Shown: one piece after another, positions 41,863-50,611 of the stretch
How positions within the stretch are numbered: position 1 is the stretch's first letter
Layout: every line of letters starts with the position of its first letter
NCBI GenBank assembly: GCA_948875265.1
Contig: CAQRYF010000001.1
Coordinates: 440-64,439, forward strand
DNA length: 64,000 bases
Direction: 5' to 3'
Source of the DNA: an uncultured Clostridia bacterium
GTDB taxonomy: Bacteria > Bacillota > Clostridia > TANB77 > CAG-508
Program-made: the position numbers and the translations under genes
Notes under the pieces: generated by a model
Told to the model about the DNA's origin: nothing
Database searches by the model: none
Seen by the model: the letters and a program-made list of their open reading frames with translations, nothing else

Positions 41863-42818
41863 TTTATTCTCCTAAATAATCTTGCATATAGTTTGTAGGT
41901 AACTGGGTTAATAGTCCTTAGGTAAAGGTTTTTTCCACCTTTCCTTGTCTGTAATATGTTATTTTTCTTCCAATTTGGAAAATTTGTATTTACGTTTTTC
42001 CAGGTCTCTTCTAGTAGTTTTTCTCTTAGCTTTTTGTCCTGAATTTTTACCATTCTTAGGAAAGAACTACAAAAAGCATATCTCGTATAGACATATTCTA
42101 GCTCTGTTTCATATGTCTCATAAATCCCCTTTTCTTTGTAATAATTAATGACATCCTGTAATACCTCAAATATTTCTCGGTTTCTTTCATTTTGCGAATT
42201 GGAAATAGAGCCTTCACGTTGTATGTAATGAATACAAGGTTCTTTTAAAAAAGATACTTTTTCTAGATAAGGAATTAGTTTATAAGTAAATGGTACATCT
42301 TCATAACGATATCCTTTTGGAAATTCTACTTTTGCTTTTTCTAGAATTTCTCTTTTTATTAGTTTATTCCAAGCAACTACTCTTACTTTTTCTAGCATTT
42401 CCTTTTTTCCTTCATAAAGTTCTCCTGTATCTATTTTTTGTTTATCTGGATATTCCCAATAAAAATCGCATTCTACCATGTCGCTATTTTCTTTTTGGGC
42501 TAATTCATACATCTTTTGATACATGTCTTTTTCTACGTAGTCATCAGAATCTAAAAACGCAATATATTCTCCTTTTGCATGCGGAATTCCATAGTTTCTT
42601 GCATCAGATAATCCCCCATTTTCTTTCTCTACATATACAATTTTATCAGGAAATTGTTTTCTTATTTTTTCTACAATTTGTTTTGAATTGTCTGTAGAAC
42701 CATCGTTTACTACGATAATCTCAATTTCCTGTAATGTTTGATTTACGAGTGTTTCTAAACATTTTTCTACATACTGCTCTACATTATAAACTGGTACAAT
42801 TACACTTACTTTTGGCAT
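41859..42818 (-). CDS. family-2 glycosyltransferase
   Basis: 319 aa. VIVPVYNVEQY...NDGSTDNS...DSDD. Confidence 0.88.
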   Translation of the reverse strand: MPKVSVIVPVYNVEQYVEKCLETLVNQTLQEIEIIVVNDGSTDNSKQIVEKIRKQFPDKIVYVEKENGGLSDARNYGIPHAKGEYIAFLDSDDYVEKDMYQKMYELAQKENSDMVECDFYWEYPDKQKIDTGELYEGKKEMLEKVRVVAWNKLIKREILEKAKVEFPKGYRYEDVPFTYKLIPYLEKVSFLKEPCIHYIQREGSISNSQNERNREIFEVLQDVINYYKEKGIYETYETELEYVYTRYAFCSSFLRMVKIQDKKLREKLLEETWKNVNTNFPNWKKNNILQTRKGGKNLYLRTINPVTYKLYARLFRRIK

Positions 42819-42860
42819 TCTATTTTTTCCTCTCTTAATTGTAATTATTTTTCAACTGTT

Positions 42861-43814
42861 CTACCTCATTTTCAAATATAAATCAATATCAATCTTTAAA
42901 AGTATTTTTTTTATAAACTGCTTTAAATTTCTAGCTTTTATATTTTGACTAAACTTTCTTTTTTGGATTTCTTTTTTATATTTTTTTCTTTCTTTTGGTT
43001 TCAATTCTTTCAATTTTAGTAAAATAGCATTGGTATAATATATTTTGATATTTTCTTTTGTCTTTTTTTCTACCCTTAATTTTTCAACTGTTTTAATCAT
43101 GTTATCATAATGTGCTAAACAATCTTCCATTCTTTGAATTGTTTTTTGGTAATCTTCATTTCTGGTTATACTATCTCCTACTTGCACATAGTTATATAAA
43201 TATTCATTGACAGATGCTACACTTTTGGCTACTAGTAAAATAAGTGGTATTAGCCCAAAATCTTCATGATAGGTTCTTTTAAATTGAAAATTGTTCTGGG
43301 TAAATAGTTCTTTTTTTATCAAATAAACACAAGGCGAATCTAGTAAAATATCTTGACTATACATCTCATTAAAAGCTTCTTCTCCTGTTTTATTTTCAAA
43401 AGTCGGCCCATCTACTTTTTCTAGTTTTTTTCCTGTTTCATCTACTCTTTGTAATTTAAATTTAATTAAGTCTATTTTCTTGTCTATATATGGCTTTAAT
43501 TTTTCAATCAATTGCTTGTCTATATAGTCATCAGAATCAACAAACAAAATATATTCCCCTGTTGCTTTTTCTACCCCCAAGTTTCTTGTCTTAGCAATTC
43601 CTTCGTTTTCTTTTTCATAGTATTTTATAATTTGTTTGTTTTCCTGCTTTGTGATATATTCTTTTATAATTTCTCCAGAATTGTCAGTTGATCCATCGTT
43701 GATAACAATGAGCTCTATTTCATTTTTCTCAGTTTGTTTGATGATAGAATTCAAACATCTTTCCACATATTTTCCCGTATTGTAGACTGGTACAATTATA
43801 CTTACTTTAGCCAT
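42861..43814 (-). CDS. family-2 glycosyltransferase
   Basis: 317 aa. IIVPVYNTGKY...NDGSTDNS...DSDD. Confidence 0.88.
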   Translation of the reverse strand: MAKVSIIVPVYNTGKYVERCLNSIIKQTEKNEIELIVINDGSTDNSGEIIKEYITKQENKQIIKYYEKENEGIAKTRNLGVEKATGEYILFVDSDDYIDKQLIEKLKPYIDKKIDLIKFKLQRVDETGKKLEKVDGPTFENKTGEEAFNEMYSQDILLDSPCVYLIKKELFTQNNFQFKRTYHEDFGLIPLILLVAKSVASVNEYLYNYVQVGDSITRNEDYQKTIQRMEDCLAHYDNMIKTVEKLRVEKKTKENIKIYYTNAILLKLKELKPKERKKYKKEIQKRKFSQNIKARNLKQFIKKILLKIDIDLYLKMR

Positions 43815-44892
43815 TGATAATCCTTTCTATTTTTTCTATGATTTCTTGGTTATATTTTTTGCTATCAAATTGCTTTTTTATGGTAAATCCATCTTCTAAC
43901 ATTTGCTTCATTTTTTTGTAAATATCCTCTTCTGTTTTTTCAGTTACCATTCCATAACCTTGTTCTACTTCTTCATAATCTGATACTTTGGTAGTTATAA
44001 TTGGTTTGTTTAGAATAAAGCTTTCTAAAAATACGACCGGATATCCTTCATAGTCTGAACTTAGCACTACACAGTCTGCTATTTCAAAGTATGGATAAGG
44101 ATTTTGTTTTTTTCCTAAAAATAAAATCACATCTTCTAATTTTTCTTTTTTCACTAAGTTTTTGTATTCTTGGTTGTCTGGTCCATCTCCTACTAATAAA
44201 ATTTTAAATTTGTATTTTTCTTCTTTTAGTTTTTTCGCTGCTGTTATCATTCTAGTTAATTTTTTTTGTTTTTCGTCATGTCTTCCTACATTTAAAAAAG
44301 TAAATTTTTCTTTGTCTTTTTTTAGTTCTATCGTTTGTTTGGCTAGTTCTTGTATTGTTTCAGCTTCTATTAGGTTATTACATACGATTGTTTTTTGTTT
44401 CATTTCTGGAAAGATTTTTATAAAACTTTCCCTTCCTTCTTTGGATACAAATACTACCTTTTTAAATTGATTGTATTTTTTTTCTTTAAAAAATTCTTTT
44501 ACCTTTTCTTCTTGGTTTTCAAATAAGGTTAAGTAATCAGCATGTCCCCATAAACATGAGTTTTTAGAAGCTGTTCTACTTACAAATGATGCTACATTTG
44601 AGTATGTTGCAAAACATACTGAAAAGTCAAATTTGTTTTTATATTTTAAACTAAATTTTATTCTTTTTATTAGATTTTTTACTTTTCTTTTCAAAATATT
44701 TTTACTTTCATCTGGAGCATATTGTATGATATGAATTTTAGGATCTATTTCTTCTAAAAAAATACCTTGTTTTTTTTCTAGTACTATTGTTATTTCATAT
44801 CCTTTTTGCTGTAATCGATTTGTTAAACTAACAAGTGCCTTTTCAATTCCTCCTATGTCTAGTGAATAGGCAGCAAATAATATTTTTTTCAT
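43807..44892 (-). CDS. family-4 (GT-B) glycosyltransferase, first gene of the long operon
   Basis: 361 aa. LDIGGIEKALVSL N-terminus and EGYPVVFLESFILNKP E-x7-E region. Confidence 0.85.
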   Translation of the reverse strand: MKKILFAAYSLDIGGIEKALVSLTNRLQQKGYEITIVLEKKQGIFLEEIDPKIHIIQYAPDESKNILKRKVKNLIKRIKFSLKYKNKFDFSVCFATYSNVASFVSRTASKNSCLWGHADYLTLFENQEEKVKEFFKEKKYNQFKKVVFVSKEGRESFIKIFPEMKQKTIVCNNLIEAETIQELAKQTIELKKDKEKFTFLNVGRHDEKQKKLTRMITAAKKLKEEKYKFKILLVGDGPDNQEYKNLVKKEKLEDVILFLGKKQNPYPYFEIADCVVLSSDYEGYPVVFLESFILNKPIITTKVSDYEEVEQGYGMVTEKTEEDIYKKMKQMLEDGFTIKKQFDSKKYNQEIIEKIERIING

Positions 44893-45000
44893 TTTTGTAC
44901 TTCCTTTGTTTTTTTCTGCCTTGATTTTATCATTTATTTAGCATATAATCAAGTTTTATAACATTTAATTTTAATTTATTATATTATATAAATTAGTAAA

Positions 45001-45028
45001 TAAAAAAGAATACTATTTCTAGTACTCT
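45001..45028 (-). terminator. rho-independent terminator after rpmA
   Basis: agagtact ... agtattct stem (one mismatch) followed by UUUUUUAUUU on the minus strand. Confidence 0.55.
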
Positions 45029-45049
45029 TTATCTTTATAAAAAACTTTA

Positions 45050-45310
45050 TTATTGTTCTACTGGATAAACACTTACTTGTTTTTTATCTCTACCTTTTCT
45101 TTCAAATTTAACTGTTCCATCCACTAATGTATATAGTGTATCATCACTACCTTTACCAACATTAATTCCTGGATGTACTTTTGTTCCTCTTTGTCTTATT
45201 AGAATATTTCCTGCTAAAACAAATTGTCCATCAGCTCTTTTGACACCAAGTCTTTTAGATTCACTGTCTCTACCGTTATGGCTGCTACCTTGACCTTTTT
45301 TATGAGCCAT
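45050..45310 (-). CDS. rpmA: 50S ribosomal protein bL27 (no N-terminal propeptide)
   Basis: [24 protein letters not shown]... begins like mature E. coli L27. Confidence 0.95.
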   Translation of the reverse strand: MAHKKGQGSSHNGRDSESKRLGVKRADGQFVLAGNILIRQRGTKVHPGINVGKGSDDTLYTLVDGTVKFERKGRDKKQVSVYPVEQ

Positions 45311-45368
45311 ATTTTCTCACTCCTTTCGGTTTCCATTATCATTTATATTCGTTCGTTTAACTCTTAAA

Positions 45369-45749
45369 CTATGCTTCTACTTTTTTAGTAGTCTTTTTTG
45401 CTGCTGCTGTTTTAGTTGCTGTTTCTGATTTTTTAGCAGCTGTTTTTATTGATGTAATTTCTACTTTTGTATAAGGTTGTCTATGTCCTTGTTTTCTTCT
45501 GTAGTTCTTTTTAGCTTTCATTTTGAAAACAATAATTTTTTTACCTTTACCATGTGAAACTACTTTTCCTTCAACTTTTACACCTTTAACATAAGGATTT
45601 CCAACTTGTACTTTTCCTTCTTCAGATACTAATACTACATTAGAGAAAGTAACTTTTTTACCTTCTTCTGCATCTAATTTTTCAAAAAATACAACATCTC
45701 CTTCTGCTACTTTGTATTGTCTTCCACAACTTTCGATTATTGCGTACAT
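45369..45749 (-). CDS. rplU: 50S ribosomal protein bL21 with Ala/Lys/Thr-rich C-terminal extension
   Basis: [25 protein letters not shown]... Tail [25 protein letters not shown]. Confidence 0.95.
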   Translation of the reverse strand: MYAIIESCGRQYKVAEGDVVFFEKLDAEEGKKVTFSNVVLVSEEGKVQVGNPYVKGVKVEGKVVSHGKGKKIIVFKMKAKKNYRRKQGHRQPYTKVEITSIKTAAKKSETATKTAAAKKTTKKVEA

Positions 45750-45852
45750 TTAAAATGCACCTCCCTTATTTGTATACTCGCTAATCCTTAAATACAGGTA
45801 ATTAAACTAAATTAATCTTTTTAGACCTTGACTAAGCGGATTACAGTTTTCA

Positions 45853-45881
45853 ATTTTATCATAAAACTATTTATTTGTCAA
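45853..45881 (-). promoter_or_regulatory. sigma-A-type promoter of rplU-rpmA
   Basis: Minus strand reads TTGACA (45881-45876), a 17-nt spacer, then TAAAAT (45858-45853). Leaves a ~100-nt leader. Confidence 0.5.
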
Positions 45882-45988
45882 TTATTTTTTCAATTTTTTT
45901 ATTCATTTTGGTAATTATTGTGTAAATATTGAAAATTTATATTTTCTATGATAAAATATGCCTAATTAATATAGTAGAGGTGACTACT

Positions 45989-46723
45989 ATGGAATTTCCA
46001 ATTGAATTAAAACGATTAATAGAAAAATATAAAGCTCACTATCATATTATTGGTTCAGATGATGAGATTTTAAAGAAAATAATACCTAGTTTAGAAGATG
46101 AAGATATTATTAGGCTTTATAATGAATTGTGCAAAGAAGAAGATAATCATTCTCTTAAAAAGTGGTCTAGACCTAATTTCGAAAAATATAGAGAAGACTT
46201 ACTGAGTTACTTAGATAATAGTATGGTAAAATCTGAAATCATAAGACGAGAACAATATCAATCTTCAAAACCTGACTTAACACAAAGAAATTATACTTAT
46301 ATATCAGAGTTTACAACAACCTTAGATAATAAACTAGATAAGCAAAAAATTATAAGGAGTTTTTACAGAAAGATTTATGAATTAGAGAATGAAAGAAACT
46401 TTCTAAATGTAAAACAAACTATTAATAACATAGAGTTATCAATTCATATTTATAGATGTATTTTACATATTCGTGAAAAAATGGATATTGATTTAGTTTT
46501 ATATCGTGGTTTTAATAGTAAGAAAAAATATAAATTACAAAACTATATAGATTTCAAAAAAATGAAAAATAAAAGAAAAAAAAATGAGCAATTTCAAAAA
46601 CATCTACAACATCTTTATTCTAATCAAATAATACAACAAATTAATGAATTACAAAAACAATTGCAGGAACTAAAAATTAAAGAAGAAAAAGAATGTAATT
46701 TTGATTTAGATTATAGCTTATAA
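45989..46723 (+). CDS. hypothetical coiled-coil protein
   Basis: ATG 45989 with an AGAGGTGA RBS is preferred over the TTG at 45929. No recognisable family. Confidence 0.5.
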   Translation: MEFPIELKRLIEKYKAHYHIIGSDDEILKKIIPSLEDEDIIRLYNELCKEEDNHSLKKWSRPNFEKYREDLLSYLDNSMVKSEIIRREQYQSSKPDLTQRNYTYISEFTTTLDNKLDKQKIIRSFYRKIYELENERNFLNVKQTINNIELSIHIYRCILHIREKMDIDLVLYRGFNSKKKYKLQNYIDFKKMKNKRKKNEQFQKHLQHLYSNQIIQQINELQKQLQELKIKEEKECNFDLDYSL

Positions 46724-46738
46724 TATTAATTTTTTAAT

Positions 46739-46780
46739 AAGTATATGCAGAGTTAATAACTAGCATATACTTATTTTTTA
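46739..46780 (+). terminator. rho-independent terminator
   Basis: aagtatatgc ... gcatatactt 10-bp stem followed by atttttta. Confidence 0.6.
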
Positions 46781-46818
46781 CCCTTATTCTTGCATTTAGA
46801 TTTTTGATTACATTGTTT

Positions 46819-48309
46819 TTAGAAAATCATTTGTTTTTTTAAATTTTCTATGGCTTTTTTTCTAGCACTTATCACATTTTTTTCTTCTTGTGATAATTCA
46901 GCTAATGTTTTTCCATTTTCTAATTCAAATATTTCATCAAATCCAAATCCATTATTACCTCTTCTTTTTTCAGCTATTCTTCCTACGATTTCACCTTTTC
47001 CAATAAAGCATTTTCCTTCATAGTAATAAGTCATTACACATTTTACTCTTGCTCTTCTTTTCTCTCCTTTGAATTCTTTCATTTTTTCTAAAATAGCTTC
47101 ATTTCTTTGCTCCTGTGTTGTATTTTCTCCTAAAAATCTTGCAGTATATACTCCTGGCCAACCATCTAATATGTCTATACATAATCCACTGTCATCTGCT
47201 ATACATGGCATATCTGTTATTTTAGATATTTCTTTTGCTTTCTTTAAAGAATTCCCTTCAAAAGTATCTTGATTTTCTTCTACTTCAATATCACAATCAA
47301 TATCTTTTAGACTTATTAAATTATATTCTTTTAATATTTCGTTTATTTCTTTTAATTTTCCTTTATTATTTGTTGCTACTACTATTTTTTTCATTTTTCT
47401 TCTTATTTCTTTCTTAATTTTTTCTTCTAACATAAATAAAATTATTATACCATCATTCCAAAGAAAATGATTCTTTTCAGATATATATTTATAATTACGA
47501 AAACATTCATCTTTACTAATAATTTTCTTAAAGTATAGCATTGTCATCATCATATTTCTATTTAATGAATCTAATATACTCTGTCCCATATAATTATAAG
47601 CTCCCCATAGGTTGTAGTTTAATTCAGGTTCTTTAGATGATTTGTGTATCTTTGGAGAATAACAGCTTAATACACAGGAAATATAGTCATTATGAATATA
47701 AGATGAATAATGTTTATATATATTTCTTCTCATATTTTTTAAGTTTTTCCTAAATTCCTCATCTAATATTTCAGAATTTTCTCCCGCTAACCCTTCCTCA
47801 AACACTTTTGTTTCATATGTAAATAATTCTTCATTTAATTTAGACATTTTAAAATTTTTATTCCATACTTCATAAGAATTTTGTAATCTTCCTGAATCGT
47901 AATATTCCTTTCTCTTTTCTTTATTAATTAGTACTACTAATAATGTATATAATAATTCTATTAAATTTCTCATAATAATATTTGCCTGAAATTCTAATCC
48001 ATTGTCTACTAATTTTATTATTGAAAATATATCATTTGATATATTAGTTAATAGTGAAAAGTATACTGTAGAATCTAGTTGATATTCCTCTGTTTCTTTT
48101 TCTTCATTTATATTAATAGATAATGCTAAAAGTCCTATAGCTAATGCATACCATTGTGCAATTTCTTTCTCTTTTTTATAATGTTTAGTTGATTTTGGTT
48201 TTTGTCTTTTCATTTGTCTATATAGAAATTTTAGTCCTCTATAACTTGATATTTTTTCATTATTTCTTTTCAATACTTCTTTATCTATTTCTTCATATTC
48301 TTTTCTCAT
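46819..48309 (-). CDS. fusion ORF: ~300-aa uncharacterised N-domain (DUF5677/AbiV-like by eye) plus RdgB/HAM1 non-canonical NTP pyrophosphatase
   Basis: The C-terminal 195 aa, MKKIVVATNNKGKLKEI...FGFDEIF...SARKKAI, form a complete RdgB. The upstream 300 aa read through in the same frame with no stop. Confidence 0.7.
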   Translation of the reverse strand: MRKEYEEIDKEVLKRNNEKISSYRGLKFLYRQMKRQKPKSTKHYKKEKEIAQWYALAIGLLALSININEEKETEEYQLDSTVYFSLLTNISNDIFSIIKLVDNGLEFQANIIMRNLIELLYTLLVVLINKEKRKEYYDSGRLQNSYEVWNKNFKMSKLNEELFTYETKVFEEGLAGENSEILDEEFRKNLKNMRRNIYKHYSSYIHNDYISCVLSCYSPKIHKSSKEPELNYNLWGAYNYMGQSILDSLNRNMMMTMLYFKKIISKDECFRNYKYISEKNHFLWNDGIIILFMLEEKIKKEIRRKMKKIVVATNNKGKLKEINEILKEYNLISLKDIDCDIEVEENQDTFEGNSLKKAKEISKITDMPCIADDSGLCIDILDGWPGVYTARFLGENTTQEQRNEAILEKMKEFKGEKRRARVKCVMTYYYEGKCFIGKGEIVGRIAEKRRGNNGFGFDEIFELENGKTLAELSQEEKNVISARKKAIENLKKQMIF

Positions 48310-48363
48310 TTTTTACCTTCTTTTCTTATATATTATAATAATTGTATAATATCATATTTTAAG

Positions 48364-48402
48364 ACAAAAAACTACCCCAAACTAATTCTAATTAGTTTGG
48401 GG
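48364..48402 (-). terminator. rho-independent terminator ending the fru/pts transcription unit
   Basis: ccccaaactaatt ... aattagtttgggg stem followed by a U-run on the minus strand. Confidence 0.7.
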
Positions 48403-48413
48403 TGTTCAATTGT

Positions 48414-48515
48414 TTAGCAGTATCTACGTACTACTTTTGTTTTCCCATTTTTCCGAACTGCTAATCCAGAAAACTTTTTACCTCCAACATTAGTAGTAAA
48501 ATAAAATTTCTTCAT
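48414..48515 (-). CDS. unannotated small basic ORF (33 aa; 27 aa if shifted at its CGG)
   Basis: AGGAGG lies 8 nt upstream of ATG 48515. Product MKKFYFTTNVGGKKFSGLAVRKNGKTKVVRRYC. Followed by the strong terminator. Below the ORF-track length cutoff. Confidence 0.35.
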   Translation of the reverse strand: MKKFYFTTNVGGKKFSGLAVRKNGKTKVVRRYC

Positions 48516-48616
48516 TTGTTATCCTCCTGTTTGTTCTACAAATTATTTAATTTTTAGAAACTTTCTTTGCCGTTTCTATGCATATATTATAACATATTTT
48601 ACATAATATTGCAAAT

Positions 48617-50315
48617 TTATGTAAAATATGTTTCATTTAGTTTTCTTTTTACCTCTTCTGTAGACGGTAATTTTAAAACTTCATTTGCTAATTCCTTACA
48701 TTTTTTGAAATCTAATTCACTTATTAATTTTCTTGATTGTAAAATTTTACTTGAATTCATCGAGAACTCATCTAATCCTAGACCAATTAATAGTGGAATA
48801 AATAATTTGTCCCCAGCTGCTTCACCACACATTCCACATAAAATTTGATTTTTATGTGCACTGTCAATTACATATTTAATTAATCTTATTATTGCAGGAT
48901 GAAAATGTGTATATAGATTAGCAACTTTTTCATTTCCTCTTTCCACTGCAATTGTGTACTGAACTAAATCATTTGTACCAATACTAAAAAAGTCACATTC
49001 TTTTGCTAATTCTTCTGCCATTAATGCTGCTGATGGTATTTCTATCATAATGCCAATTTCTATATTTTCATTAAACTCAATTTTTTTAGCTTTTAATTCT
49101 TCTTTTACTTCATTAATAATTTTTTTAGCCTCTCTTAATTCTTCTATAGAAGAAACCATTGGTAACATGATAGCTAATTTTCCATACTTACTTGCTGCTA
49201 GAATAGCTCTTAATTGCACTTTAAATAAATCTGTATTATCCAAAAAGATTCTAATTGCTCGATAACCTAAAAAAGGATTTTCTTCTTTTGGTAATGTCAT
49301 ATACTTTAAATCTTTATCTCCTCCAATATCTAAAGTTCTAATAATTATTTTTTTATTTGGAAGTTTTAATGCTACTTTCTTATAAGCTTCAAACTGTTCT
49401 TCTTCTGTAGGAAAATCTTCAGAATTCATATAAAGAAATTCACTTCTAAATAATCCGCACTCCCTCTGCTGTATTTTTAATTATTAGCTCTATATCTTCA
49501 GGTAATCCTATATTAGATAATAGTTCAACATTATGCCCATCTTTTGTTTGAGATATTTTATTTTTATAGTTTTCTAATTCTTCTCTTTCTTGTTTTACTT
49601 TTTTATTAATTTCTTCCAAACTTCCACATTCTTCTTCTGAAGGATTTATAAAAACCTCTCCTGTTGTACCATTAATAGCTACAAAATCACTTTCTTTTAT
49701 TTGTTTCATAATTTGTTTAATTCCTACAATTACTGGAATATTATGTGTTCTTGCCATAATAGCCATATGAGAATTAACTCCCCCTATTTCAGTCACAATT
49801 CCTGATATGTTTTTAAAGTCTAATTTAGCAGTATCAGATGTTGTTAATTCTTTGGCTATTAAAATTGTGTGTTTTTCCAATTGTCCTAAGTCAACATATT
49901 CTTCATGAAAAATTTTAGCTAATACTTTGTTTTTCATGTCTTCTATATCTCTGCTTCTTGCTGACATATAAGAGTCATCCATTTGCTCAAATATTTGTAT
50001 TATATTATTAAAACCTATTTGTGTTGCATATGCTGCATTACATTTTTCTTGTTCTATTATTTTAATTACTTCTTCTATTAAGGTGGGGTCTTGTAATAAT
50101 GCTGCATATGCTTCCATAATTTCTTTTTCTGTTCCTGATAATTTATTAATTAGTTGCTGTGTTTCTGTTTCTACTTCATGAATAGCTTCATAGAAAGCTT
50201 CCTTTTCCAATTCTGTATTCTCAATTTTTATTTTTTCTGTCTTAATATCTTTACTTTTTAATATTACTACTTTTCCTAATCCAACCCCCTCAGATATACC
50301 TTTTCCTTTTATCAT
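48617..50315 (-). CDS. ptsI: phosphoenolpyruvate-protein phosphotransferase (PTS enzyme I), interrupted by one extra nucleotide at 49457
   Basis: The 289-aa ORF ends ...NTAEGVRII*. The +1 frame from GGA 49456 reads [21 protein letters not shown], joining the 270-aa ORF. Phospho-His region GGVNSHMAIMAR. Confidence 0.9.
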
Positions 50316-50346
50316 ATTTTACGCCTTCTTTCATTTTAGCATTTTA

Positions 50347-50607
50347 TTATTTAATTTGATTTTTAAAAGTAATAATTAATTCTTCTAAAGCTTTTTCTTC
50401 ATCTTTTCCATCACATAAAATTTCTAACTCTGTTTTTGATTTTATTCCTGCTGCCATAATCATAAGAGGAGATTTTGCATTTATTTTTTTACCATTAACA
50501 AATAAATTAATATCACATGAATATTTCATAGCTGTCTTTGAAATTTCTGTTGCAGGTCTTGCATGAAGTCCCGTTTCATTTTCTATCATAATTTTTTTCT
50601 TTACCAT
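50347..50607 (-). CDS. ptsH: phosphocarrier protein HPr
   Basis: ATG 50607 (RBS AAGGAG) gives MVKKKIMIENETGLHARPA with the active His15 context and AKSPLMIM around Ser46. Confidence 0.9.
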   Translation of the reverse strand: MVKKKIMIENETGLHARPATEISKTAMKYSCDINLFVNGKKINAKSPLMIMAAGIKSKTELEILCDGKDEEKALEELIITFKNQIK

Positions 50608-50611
50608 AACT

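Noticed and set aside
45750-45852. Possible ribosomal L21-leader RNA upstream of rplU.
   Set aside because: A ~100-nt leader exists, but I could not fold a convincing conserved structure by eye. Only the promoter is reported.
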